Source: Octopus sinensis
Lineage: Eukaryota
DNA: 64,000 nucleotides
Assembly (NCBI RefSeq): GCF_006345805.1
Contig: NC_043006.1
Coordinates: forward strand, 26,784,001-26,848,000
Reading direction: 5' to 3'
The notes under the pieces were generated by a model that saw only the letters and a program-made list of their open reading frames with translations, did not search any database and was not told the origin of the DNA. Below are positions 1 to 12,235 of this stretch, piece by piece; positions within the stretch are counted from its first letter, which is position 1, and the number at the start of each line of letters is the position of its first letter. The position numbers and the translations under genes are program-made.

Positions 1-155
1 AAGACACTGATTTTGATGTAATTGGATCACAATTCTTGATACTAAGTTATTCTCATCTCATATCAAAGTGGTAAATATTGAGCCTGTAACTTGCTCAATC
101 AGTACAAAGGATTAAATAAAAATTGGTGAGATTATATTGTTTTTATTAAACTTAC

Positions 156-247
156 CCAAAAAGTTGGTTCAAATATATGGATCCTTGACTGTATTCTTGC
201 CAATGTTTGTGGTATGCTGATAATATGTTACTATCATTTCGAACAGT
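156..247 (-). CDS. CUL2: Cullin-2 coding exon 3 (TVRNDSNILSAYHKHWQEYSQGSIYLNQLF+GG); gene continues beyond position 1
   Basis: TTTTAG acceptor and GG|GTAAG donor. 92 nt, entering in phase 0 after exon 2. Resembles human CUL2 [32 protein letters not shown] (from memory). Not in the ORF track. Confidence 0.92.
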
Positions 248-709
248 CTAAAATTAATAAGAAGGACAGAGAAGCCTATAATCTCAGAGTAAACTGTAAT
301 CGTATTAAAGAAAACAATATAACAGAACATCATGCCTTACCATCCTTATTTTCATTCTTTACTAGCTGTATGTAAAATCACATAATATTCACCTACCAAA
401 ATATCTTCACAGCAGTTAGCTATATTTTCTCAGTCCCTATTTTATTTAATTCATAAATTTGTGTAGTAATTTCTCAATGAAAATCTCCCAATCTGAGAAA
501 CAAGCGATTTTGATGAAAATGCAGTTATTCCAGTATAAAAATCATATAAATATAACTATTCCATGAATTTGGATGGAACTTAATGAGATGTAACAAATGC
601 TGATATTCATTGTGAATGTAGTTGTTGTTGATTTGTACCTGTTGTCATGTTATTTTGAATAATTAAGAAATATCAATGGGTAAATCTTTCTGGGACACCC
701 TGTATATGT

Positions 710-925
710 GTGTATGCATGTGCTGGCCTTTGTGTCTATGTTGTCCCCCACCACTGCTTAACAACCTGTGTATGTCCCCCCTAACTTAGCAGTTTGGTGA
801 AAGAGACTGACAGAATAAGTGCCAAGCTTAAAAAAATAAGTACTGGTGCTGATCTGCTCAACTAAAATTCTTCAAGGCGGTGCCCCAGCATAGCTGCAGT
901 ATAGTGACTGAAAGAAGTAAAAGAT
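710..925 (+). mobile_element. tRNA-derived SINE, 3' half
   Basis: Matches the 3' portion of the full copies at 25378 and 37645 (aacttagcagtttgg...agaataagt...ggtgccccagcat...gactgaaa). Confidence 0.75.
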
Positions 926-1230
926 AAAAGCAAATCTCACAATATTATATAATTCAAGATAGCAAGGGAATATGAACCAACACTGGAACTTTTAAATAAC
1001 TCTTTCACCTATTCAATATAACAGCTAAATTTCTCTTGTGAATTTTTACCAACTTTACAATTGAGACACTGATTTTTAAGTCCTGATTCTGAGCACATCA
1101 GGACATAAAAATGTGGTACCATACTAAGAACACTAATCAAACAATGAAGTTCAACAAAACTGCTATACCCATAGATTTGTTCATCAAATAAAGACAGCTG
1201 GATTTACTCAACAACAAATGGCAAGAACTA

Positions 1231-1398
<168 letters not shown>

Positions 1399-3939
1399 TT
1401 ATGAAAAAAGTCATAGTGTTATATTTTTCATCATTTAACAGGGAAATAGATTAATGCTAATAAACTTCCCTAAAGATTCAATAGGAAAAACAAAAAGCTT
1501 TAAAGTCATTAACACTTATAACAATTTTTGATGATTGATATGAAAAGAAAGAGGAAATAATGAAGTTAAGGAAAAATTCAACTTCCTTTCTGAGAACAAA
1601 TACCAATACGGCAGTTAGGTTTTTCCAGTTTGAATGCCAGACATGCAAAACAAGGTTTGTTTATATTTTTCAAATATAATTCTTTCAAAATAGTTTAAAA
1701 CTAATATATGTACCATTTATGGTGTTTTGAGTTAACTTACATTAAACAGTGTCAAAGATCTAAGACTGAATATTAAATTATACTTAACATTTATTCCATT
1801 CATGATGAACACAGTTTCATCAGATTCGGCCATTTACAAGTTTCTTGTACAGAAAGATGCCTTTTCAGTTAGGAACTAAGAAGTAGAGGCGATTTTTTTT
1901 CTCTCAACAAGACAAACTGAGATAAACAGTTATGTGCTTTTCCTAGGAGTACAATACAATGGCAACGGTAACCATGAAGCCAGTAGTCTTACACCTTAAC
2001 CTCACAACCACTAAGAAAAATGTTATATGCAACACAATCTAATATATATATAGTAGTATGAGAGGCTCAATAAGATATCTCATAATTTTTTCTTGTCACA
2101 TAAACTGGTAACAAGCCATTTTAAACCTTATGGTATTTAACTCATGCTGGATCAGTTTATTTAAATGTATAAAAATACTATGGAGATGATTATAACAGTG
2201 AAAGAATAATAAATATTTTGTCAGTTTATAAGGAATGCCAAGTTCAAATGCTCTTATTAACTACCAGAAAAAAAAAATGGTAAAGCTACCAGCATGATTA
2301 TTCAAGATAAAGTGTAAATGTTATGGGAATGATAAAACACACTTTAATGAGGGCAATAATAATAGTTACGGAGATGTGCTTCCATAGCGAGTGACTTGAT
2401 CTGAGATCGTGTGCTGGAACAAAAACAATTGCAGCGTGGAAGGTGTTTATAAGCCATTTAAGAAACGCACAAAACCGTTAGATTCACTTCGACATTTAAA
2501 TTTAATTTGTCAATATATTTTCGTCGCTTTGAGACCGCGACCTGTTCACTGACAAAGCTTCGTACTGCAATGTTTCCTTTCATTACAGGTTACAAATCAA
2601 TGACCAAATACCAAAATATTTTTATAAGTGAACTTCTCTACAGTTCAAACCAGAACTGTCTCTCTGAAGCTTATTGTATTCCTTAAAACACTACATCTAC
2701 AAAGGAATCTTTTTTCCAGATGACCACTACTGCCTCTGACTTTTGGACGATATACATATGTTAAATATGCCACATGCATAAACATTTAAATCTAGAGCTG
2801 TTTCAATTACATAATTTGATTTTATTCTGCCTAGCAACAAACAAAATGAGGACAAATATCTGTCGAATGTAAATAAGGTAAGTTATTACTTCTATATATT
2901 ATTACTTGTTACTTCTATTAAAAATAATAAATAATTCAATTAACATATTTTTTGTACTTTAAAAAAAATTATTTTTTTAATTATTAATTAGAATATTAAT
3001 TTAATTAATAATAAGAAAGTTGAAAATAGGTTATAAAAAATAATAGTAATACATAATTAGTTAGTACAAGAAAAAGAATACAAAAATTAGTTATATATAA
3101 CAGTAAAATCTACCTATAACAACAAATCCACAGTAAAATTTGCTTGAGTTCTTGCCTAAGAATTCACATTTTTTCACAATGAAATTGCCTACCATATATA
3201 CTATTTACTTTGCATAAAACTTTAGCTATATTGGTACTTCTGACTCAGTTTTTATGTATTCTAGTGTGTCAATATTGTAACAAAATGATTCTACCTTTTT
3301 TAATTATAATGTTACGTTGTAAATTGAAGTCAAATGATTTTTAATATTCAAATTTTATCCTTAGTTGCAATATTTTAAGTAAAAACTTTCTTATTCTGTA
3401 CTTTACCAGACGTAATAAGTTGTCCTTAACTTTTCCAAGTTTAATAAGTCGTCCTGCACTTTTCCAGGTTTATAAGTTTAAGAATAGTATTTCTCTTGCT
3501 CATATTTTTCCATGTAATCCATGTTTTTTTCCAGGCTATGCTATTATGCTAATTAATAATATGTCAATTTTTTTCTTCTATATTTAATTTGAGCTTCAGC
3601 ATGTTTTCTTTTCTTCATTTCTTCTTCATCCAATTGATTACCCACTGCCTCATTATTATTATTATTATTATCCATTTTATTAATCCCAGACTCTGGATTC
3701 AATTCTACCCCACCAATAACGAGTAACATCAAAATTAAAGTATGGAAGTGGTATGTATTATAAAAAACTGAGCGCTTGTTTTGTGTTAATATATAATTAT
3801 TATATTGAAACAAATTACAACAAAAAAAAACGTGCAAAAAGTATAATGTGATAATTCATCTTAAAAATATATTCTTAATTAATTAAAATTAATCAAGTAA
3901 CTAATTCTAATATAAAGATTATTTTCAAGATAGAAAAAC

Positions 3940-5273
3940 TTTTTTTTATTTTAAATAAAGAAAAATATATTTATCTTAGCTTCAATGATAAAAGAAATCA
4001 TGAAGATTTTCAGTTTTTGTCTCCTGCAACAAACATTTGTATCAAAAAAGTTGTGAGGTAAAATATCATGAAAAGGCAAAAAATTGGATTCAAGTATAAA
4101 TAACTTTTTTATTTTAAAAACAACCGATATTTTAATTAAGCTTAAATGATAGAGCTCAATTCAAGGAATCTCATGGTATCAATCTCATGCAATGAAGTTC
4201 TAAAAGAAAAAGTTATGAGTGTTTGTTTTTCTAATTTTAGGGTGATAATATAATTCTCCACTTTTTTATTCTAAGGGGACTTTTTATGTATGCAGAAGAA
4301 ATCATACTGTGACCTATATAGTAACAAGCCTAGTTGTGGCACTTCATCGGTTATGACAGCAAAGGTTCCAGTTGATCCAATCAACAGAACAACCTGCTCA
4401 CGAAATTAACCTGCCAGTGGCTGAGCACTCCACAGACACTTGTACCCTTAATGTAGTTCCCAGGGAGATTCAGTGTGACACAGAGTGTGACAAGGCTGGC
4501 CCTTTGAAATACAACAGAAACAGGAAGAAAGAAAGTTGTGGTGAAAGAGTACACTGGGGTTCGCCACCACCCCCTGCTGTTTTCACTCAATAAACACTCA
4601 CAATGCCAGGTCGGGGAATTGAAACCGTGAGTCCACTGCCCTAACCACTGGGCCATTGTGCCCCCGACAACAAGCCTAGTAAGAAGGGAGACAAAAAGTG
4701 AAAAATAGAGCAATTAACAGGCAACTGATTAAAATACGAATGTAGATTGTCAATGAAATTATGAATGTGAAAGATTTATGTGTGTGTAAATTTTATTTTT
4801 TAATTAAAATACGAAAACAATATAAAAATATTTAATATAATGAGACGAAAACTATGAAATTCCTTGCAGTGTCTTTGATAATTTTTTTCGTTACCTCAAT
4901 GATACTGGTGGCATACATAAAAAGTCCCCTTAGAATAAAAAAGTGGAGAATTATATTATCACCCTAAAATTAGAAAAACAAACACTCATAATTTTTTCTT
5001 TTAGAACTTCATTGCATGAGACTGATACCACGAGATTCCTTGAATTGAGCTCTATCATTTAAGCTTAATTAAAATATCGGTTGTTTTTAAAATAAAAAAG
5101 TTATTTATACTTGAATCCAATTTTTTTGCCTTTTCATGATATTTTACCTCACAACTTTTTTGATACAAATGTTTGTTGCAGGAGACAAAAACTGAAAATC
5201 TTCATGATTTCTTTTATCATTGAAGCTAAGATAAATATATTTATTTAAATATATTTATTTAAAATAAAAAAAA
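3940..5273. repeat. Long inverted repeat (arms ~3940-4293 and ~4911-5273) around a ~620-bp spacer; foldback/MITE-like
   Basis: For example ctaaggggactttttatgtatgc (4271-4293) is the reverse complement of 4911-4933. Only a few mismatches were seen over ~340 bp. No TSD identified. Confidence 0.9.
4335..4668 (-). mobile_element. tRNA-derived SINE (second family) with 12-bp TSD
   Basis: Minus-strand A box TGGCCCAGTGG and B-box-like GGTTTCAATTCC. Direct repeat AACAAGCCTAGT at 4323-4334 and 4669-4680. Confidence 0.88.
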
Positions 5274-5768
5274 GATATTTAGATCTAAACTTGACTAGTG
5301 GAATTACTTACTCTCCTATAATGTTGCTACAAATTTTGACATAAACTTTTTTCTACTTGACCAAATCTCAATTTTTTTATGCCAAAATATAGCTAGGGAC
5401 CAGTTCTTTTCAAAAATGTTAAAATTACAGCCTTAAGAATATTATTCAACTACTACCATAGTTGAATGATTAGTTGAACAAAACTGACTGGTAGCAAAAA
5501 ATAAAATGAACATAAGACCCAGGTTTATTAATTGTAATTTACTCCTAAATGTAACTAAGTCTAGTATAAGATCCTATCAGTAATCATAAGCATAATTTGT
5601 TTCTCTCTAAGTGCAAGGTAAATTTTTCTGAAAAGTAAGATATAAACTGTTTTTACTTAGTTTATCAAAAATCTTGGATTAATACAAAACATATTATTAA
5701 ACAAATAAGGATACATCTAATATACCCCTTTTATTTTGTTATATAATTTAAAGAAACATTTAATCTGG

Positions 5769-6340
5769 AATGCCTTTCCTTCCTTGGACACACGAAGACC
5801 TGTTAAGGCAAGCAAAGTCGAAATCGAACCTCATCCAAGGACAGGCACCCATGCCAACCTCCCTTCATTGGACATTAAACTCTGCTTGTGAAGACCTGTT
5901 GGGGCAAGTGAAATCGGAATCAAAATTGAACCAATCCTATGACTTGCACCTGGCAGTTGCCAGGGTCGCTGGACTGACTCCTGTACAGGTGGCAAGTAAA
6001 GAAACACGGTTTCGACCCTGTGCTTGAGGAGATCCATTGTGTCAAGTACACCAACATCAAAAATCAATGGAAACTGCAGTTGTGATCCCTGTGCCGGTGG
6101 CACGTAAAAAGAACCAATCCGATCGTGGCCATTGCCAGCCTCGCCTGGCACCTGTACCGGTGGCATGTAAAAAGCACCCACTACACTCACGGAGTGGTTG
6201 GCATTAAGAAGGGCATCCAGCTGTGGAAACACTACCAGATCAGACTGGAGCCCGGTGCAGCCTTCTGGCTCCCCAGATCTCCGGTCGAACCGTCCAACCC
6301 ATGCTAGCGTGGAGAACGGACGTTAAACGATGTTGATGAT
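5769..6340 (+). mobile_element. RTE LINE 3' UTR fragment with (GAT)n tail
   Basis: Homologous to the 3' ends of the copies at 7445-9172 and 9335-10411 (ccgtccaacccatgctagc...ggacgttaaacgatg). Confidence 0.85.
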
Positions 6341-6497
6341 TATTAAGAAATATAACTATTAACATCGAAAAAATATTGTTCCTACGTACCTAATGTGTGT
6401 AAACATATCATGAAGTATATGATATGCTAAATAGAACCTTACCTGCATACTAAAAAAAAGAAGAATTATTGAATAAGTAATAATTGTTGAAGGATAT

Positions 6498-6616
6498 GAA
6501 AACCGATCATTCCATATTGACCTGGCAACTTGTCCACAGGTTATCACTCCACGTACTGTCTCCAACAGGATTTGCCAGGTAGCATTAAAGTCAACCTTCC
6601 TTGGCTTCAGTGACAT
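6498..6616 (-). CDS. CUL2: Cullin-2 first coding exon (MSLKPRKVDFNATWQILLETVRGVITCGQVARSIWNDRF+TC); exon probably starts at 6632
   Basis: Characteristic CUL2 N-terminus MSLKPR.VDF..TW..L and WNDRFS. 119 coding nt. A polypyrimidine tract and CAG acceptor end at 6633. Confidence 0.96.
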
Positions 6617-6879
6617 CCTGCTGTATTTATAACTGAAGGAAAAAAAGAAAAAAGAAAAAACAAAGCTTCAATTATAACTATAAAGACATCATTAAATATG
6701 AGGAATTTATATGAAATTCAACAGAGGTTGGTGAGTCAACTTCACAACCAGTTTTCAATTACAAACACTAAAATAAGTTTCGTTTTTAATGCCCTTAACA
6801 AAAGTAGAAATACAATGCATAATTATTTTCCTTTTAGTAAAGATACTGTGAACAACATAAATGGATGAGCAGAATCTTT

Positions 6880-7440
6880 AAAGCATCGAACAAACGGTGA
6901 GGGCTGTTATGCCAAGATGACGTGAAAATTTATGAATGCTGGAAAGACGAGATATGAGAAGAGCCAGGTAAAAGCACGCCTTGTCATTACGAAGGAAGTG
7001 AAAGAAAGAAAATAGATCATCTTTCGTCAGATGTCAGTGACAAGAGAGTCAAGGAGGAAGAGTGAGAGAGAGAGAGAGAGAGAGGGAACAGTGAAGGGGA
7101 GAGGAGAAGACTAGGGAAAGGGTGGGAGAGAAAACCAGAAATGAAGAAGAACAAGAGAGGGAGATAGACAGAAAAGAGATAGGAGAAAAGTGCGCATCAT
7201 GATATTTAAGGTAAAACTTACTTGGAAAAGATGCATGGCGTTCAATCATATAATAAATAATATATAAATATATGCATATATACATACATATATGTACATA
7301 CCTACATATATATGTATAAATACATGCATATATGGGCACAGGACATCAAAGAAACGTGGTCGCAATGAGAGAAGAAAACATAGAAAACAAACTTTTTCTC
7401 GAACAACAAGAAAAAAACCAGAGAACCGAGACATGCAACT
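6880..7440. repeat. Interspersed repeat, same family as 33387-34058 and 49803-50600 (possibly Penelope-related)
   Basis: Shared blocks aaaacttacttggaaaagatgcatggc and acaggacatcaaa. The Penelope assignment is an inference from the tandem and inverted arrangement of other copies. Confidence 0.55.
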
Positions 7441-7444
7441 TCTT

Positions 7445-9169
7445 TATGTACAGGGATGCTGTCAGTAAGGCAAGGGTTGGCAACGTGTAGAGTGAAGAAT
7501 TCCAAGTAGGGGTTCACCAAGGTTCAGTCCTCAGCCCTCTCTTCTTCATCATAGTCCTCCAGGCAATAACAGAGGAATTCAAGACAGGATGCCCCTGGGA
7601 CCTCCTCCATGCTGATGATCTTGCTCTAAATCAGAGCTAGAGGAGAAGTTTCAAGTGTGGAAGCAAGGATTGGAATCGAACGGCCTTAGAGTCAACCAAA
7701 CTAAAACCAAAGTCCTAATAAGTAGGAAGGCAGACAATCACAAATCCCTTCAGGTAGATGTTTGATCTGTAGAAAAGGCATAGGTAGAAATTCCATAAGA
7801 TGTGCCCAGTGTAAACTATGGACACATAAGGGGTGCAGCAATATCAAAGGGAGGCTAACTAGGAAGCTAGTTTTTGTATGTGGCAGATGCTCTGGAGCAA
7901 TAAACACTGAAAATGCGCAGAGAACAGCTTCTGCCACATTCCAGGGAGAAAAACTACTAGTACTTGATAGCTTCCGTTACCTAGGTGACCAAGTCAGTAG
8001 CGGAGGAGGGTGTGCTGAAAGTGTAGCTGCTAGAATAAGAATAGCTTGGGCAAAGTTCAGAGAGCTCTTACCTCTGCTGGTGACAAAGGGCCTCTCACTC
8101 AGAGTAAAAGGTAGATAGTATGATGCTTGTGTACGAACAGCCATGCTACATGGCAGTGAAACATAGGCTGTGACTGCTGAGGACATGCATAAGCTCGCAA
8201 GGAATGAAGCCAGTCTGCATACTCGACAGAGTGTAAGTACCTTGAGAGAAAAGTTGGATTTAAGAAGTGTCAGATGTTGTGTGCAAGAGAGACAACTGCA
8301 CTGGTATGGTCATGTGTTGCGAATGAATGCGGACAGCTGTGTGAAAAAGTGCCACACCCAAGCGGTTGAAGGAACCTGTGGAAGAGGTAGATCCAGGAAG
8401 ACGTGGTGAAGCACGTCCCAGGATGAAGTGGTGAAGCATGACCTTCGAACATTAGGCCTCACCAAGGAGATGATTAGCGACCGAGACTTTTGGAAATATG
8501 CTGTGCTTGAGAAGACCCGGCAAGCCAAATGTGGCCTATGCCAGAAGCGTAACAGTCCGCTTATGCGTACCTTTTCCTTCTTTGGACACTAAACTCTGCT
8601 TGCGAAGACCTGTTGAGGCAAGTGAAATCAAAATCAAATTCGATGACAGGCATCCATGCTAGTGGGGTGCAAAGAGCACCATACGAGTATGATTGTTGAC
8701 AGAGTGGCTAACCGGTTTCCGTGCAAGAGGCACATAAAAAGCACCACTCGAGTGTGATCGTTACCAGCGTCACCTTACTGGCACTTGTGCCTGTGCTAGT
8801 AGGGTGCCAAGAGCACCATCCAAGCATGATCGTTGCCAGAGCAGCCATCTGGCTTCTGTGCCGGTGGCACGTAAAAGGACACCATTCAAGCGTGATCGTT
8901 ACCAATGTCGCCTTACTGGCACCTGTGCCGGTGGCATGTGTAAAAAGATTCAAGCAAGGTCGTTGCCAGTACCACCTGAGTGGCCCCTGTGTCGGTGGCA
9001 CGTAAAAAGCATTCACTACACTTTCGGAGTAGTTGGCGTGAGGAAGGGCATCCAGCTGTAGAAACTCTGCCAGATCAAGATTGGAGCCTGGTGCAGCCAT
9101 CTGGTTCGCCAGCCATCAGTCAAAATCGTCCAACCCATGCTAGCATGGAAAGCGGACGTATGATGATGA

Positions 9170-9172
<3 letters not shown>
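7445..9172 (+). mobile_element. RTE-clade LINE, 5'-truncated and degenerate (RT C-terminal half plus 3' UTR with internal tandem units)
   Basis: GVHQGSVLSP and HADDLA RT motifs, a Cys-rich insert CAQCKLWTHKGC...CGRC, the RIRIAWAKFRELLPLL block and a (GAT)n tail. Stops and frameshifts present. Confidence 0.9.
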
Positions 9173-9221
<49 letters not shown>

Positions 9222-9334
9222 GTATATAAACATTATATATATACATATATATTATCCCTCTCTCTCAGAGAGGCACAAGCACCTACACACACATATACAC
9301 ATGTGGCAGTAACTTCCACCTACCAAATTCAATC

Positions 9335-10411
9335 ACAAAGCTGGAAAACTAGAAGTAGTTGATAGCTTCGGCTACCTAGTTGACCAAGTTAGTAGTGGAG
9401 GCTGGATGCTCAGAGAGTGTTACCACTAGAATAAGAATAGCCTGTGCAAAGTTTAGAAAGCTTCTACCTCTACTGGTGACAAAAGGCCTCTCTCTCAGAG
9501 TGAAAGGTAGATTGTACGATGCATGTGTGCGAACTGCCATGCTTCACAGCAGTGAAACATGGGCCGTGGCTGGAGGAAACTGCATAAGCTCAAAAGAAAT
9601 CAAGCTAGCATGATCCGCTGGATGTGTAATGTCAGTGTGCACACACAACAGAGTGTAAGCGCCCTGAGAGAAATGTTGGACATAAGACGCATCAGATGTG
9701 GCGTGCAAGGGAGACGTTTGTACTGGTATGGTCATGTACTATGGATGGATGAGGCGAGCTGTGTGAAGAAGTGCCACTCCCAAACAGTTGAAAAAATCCG
9801 GGGTAGAGGTAGACCCAGGAAGACATGGGATGAGGTGGTCAAGCATAACCTTTGAACGTTGGGCCTCACAGATGCAATGACGAAAGACCGAGACCTCTGG
9901 ATATGTGCTGTGTTTGCAAAGACCAGGCAAATAATATGAGTCCACAGCTGTATCCTACACCAGTTTCGCATAACCAGCCCCAGCCCATTCAAAAGTACCT
10001 TGGATCAAAGGGCAACCTGCTGTGCTTGAGATCTGTTGAGTCAAGTACATCAACATCAAAATGAAAATCAAATGGAAATTGTAGGTGTGATACCTGTGTT
10101 GGTGGCACGTAAAAAGCGCCATCCGAACATGGCCCATGCCAGCCCCACCTTGACTGGCTTCCATGCTGGTGGCACATAAAAAGCACCAACTGAACGTGGC
10201 CATTGCCAGCCTACCCTGGCTCCTGTGCCAGTGGGACATAAAAAGCACCCACTACACTCACGGAGTGGTTGGCGTTAGGAAGGGCATCCAGCTGTAAAAA
10301 CACTACCAGATCACACTGGAGCCTGGTGAAGCCTTCTGGCTCCCCAGACCCCAGTCGAACCATCCAACTCATGCTAGCATGGAAAACGGATGTTAAACGA
10401 TGATGACGATG
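9335..10411 (+). mobile_element. RTE-clade LINE, second truncated copy
   Basis: RIRIACAKFRKLLPLLVTKGLSLRVKGRLYDACVRTAMLH, followed by the same 3' UTR and tail as 7445-9172. Confidence 0.9.
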
Positions 10412-10769
10412 ATTTTATATATATATATATATATATTATATAAAGAGATGTATATACTATATTATATTTTATATATATTACAAGGTTTGGAGATGATGTA
10501 CAGGTATTTTATATTTGAAGAAATGAGGTATTCAGAAATTTGGATGGTTTTATATTTACAGATATTTATTTGTATATTACATGTTTTTATATATCATATA
10601 TCATATATTAGCACTTTCGTCCATTCTAGTGGAGTTTTCAAATTGAACTAAGTTCTTGGGGAAAATTTGACTATTTTTATAGTGTTATTGAGTGTGTAGT
10701 GGTGGGGAGAGATATAAGATAGTACAAGAGGGTGATGAATGGGAAGAAAGTGAGAGAGAGCATGTATGA

Positions 10770-11700
10770 GTGTGTGTGTGTGTGTGTGTGTGTGCATGCA
10801 TGTGTGTGTGTTTTTGTATCTGAAAGAGTGTTTAAGAAAAAGAAGGAAAGGAAGAAAAGGGAGAGAAAGAAGAAAAAATTTTTCTGTTGATCTCTTTGTA
10901 GCTGGTCAGGCTGTTTACTCCAAGGGGGGACAAAATGTCACTTTTCAAAATATTGTCTGGATTTCTTTTTTATCATTGTCTAGTGAGAGTGTGTGTGTGT
11001 GCGTGTGTTTTTGTATCTGAAAGGGGTATTAAAGAAAAAGAAAGGAGGAAGGGGAGAAATTTTGTTGATATCTTTGCAGTTGGTAGGTTGGTCAATAATA
11101 ATTCTTGGCTTAGTGATTGTAAATCCAGCTGTTTACTCCAAGGGGTACAAAATGTCACTTTTCAACAAATTATTTGTATTTCCTTTTTATCACTGTCGTG
11201 TGAGAGAGAGAGAGAGAGTGTGTGTGTGTGTATGTGCGCGCGTGTGTGTGTATGTGTGCGCATTTGTGTTTTTGTATCTGAAGGAAGTGTTAAGGAGGAA
11301 TGGTCAAGTTGTCAAAAACAATCAGTCATCGGCTTTTAGCAATGGTCAAGCCAGCTGGGGACCAAAATGTCACCTTTCAAAAATTGTCTGGATTTCCTTT
11401 TTATCATTGTCTTGTGAGAGTGTGTGTGTGGAGGTGGGGGGTCTGCATATCTGAGAGGAGTGTTAAATGAAGAAAAAAAAAGTGTTTATATTTTTGCAAC
11501 TGTAAATGATTTTTAGGCAATTAGAAATTGGCCACTTCAAGGGGTGTAAAATGTCACTTCTCAAAAAATTGTCTGGATTTCTTTTTATTATTGTTTTGTG
11601 AAGGTGTGTATGTGTATGTACGTGTGTGCCTGTGAATCTGGAAGGGGTGTTGCTGGAGAAGAGAAGAAAGAAGAAAAAGGGGAAGAAGAAATAATTGTGT
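10770..11700. repeat. Tandem array of 4-5 diverged units of about 190-230 bp separated by (GT)n tracts
   Basis: The block aaaatgtcac(t/c)tt(t/c)caaaa..ttgtctggattt recurs near 10932, 11150, 11364 and 11548, and tgtatctga recurs at each unit start. Confidence 0.8.
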
Positions 11701-12128
11701 TGATATTTATACCACTATTCAGTTCTTTCAATCCAATGTTTGATTCCTGTGCTTACATGGGATGAAGAATCTGGATTAGAGATTGTTTTTATTTATGTAT
11801 ATGTACATGTGTAAAACTGTGTGTGTGTGTGTGTTTAATACAATCTACTTTACAAATTTGGTCCTTCATCTAGTACAACTTATTATAGAAATATTTTCAG
11901 CCATTCGATTTGGGGGAGAACTTAGCTATGAAGTATTTTTCCATATTCCTCCTGAAGGAAGTGTCATTCTTTGGACATTTGTAGAAGGGAAAGATCTTAA
12001 ATTTTCCTTCTGCACATGTATCTAGGTGTTTACTCAGTGGTATCTTGCGCAGTTCGTCCTATGAGTAGAGCAACGGATTCAGCTAATTTGGAAATTAGTT
12101 GTGGAGAAACGGAGAATACCGTTTATAT

Positions 12129-12161
<33 letters not shown>

Positions 12162-12235
12162 GGGCAACACACACACACATTGCATACATGTTCGTGTGTG
12201 TGTGTGTGTGACTGAAGCCATACACACACACAGCA

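Noticed and set aside
6359-6497. ORF-track extension of CUL2 beyond WNDRFS (YPSTIIT...FFRC)
   Set aside because: This is read-through into the AT-AC intron, and homology resumes at 1360. It is kept only as part of the cryptic-donor finding.
8740-9010. Regularly spaced semi-palindromic repeats resembling a CRISPR array
   Set aside because: Eukaryotic context, spacers are not unique, there are no cas genes, and the units are part of the RTE 3' UTR seen in several copies.
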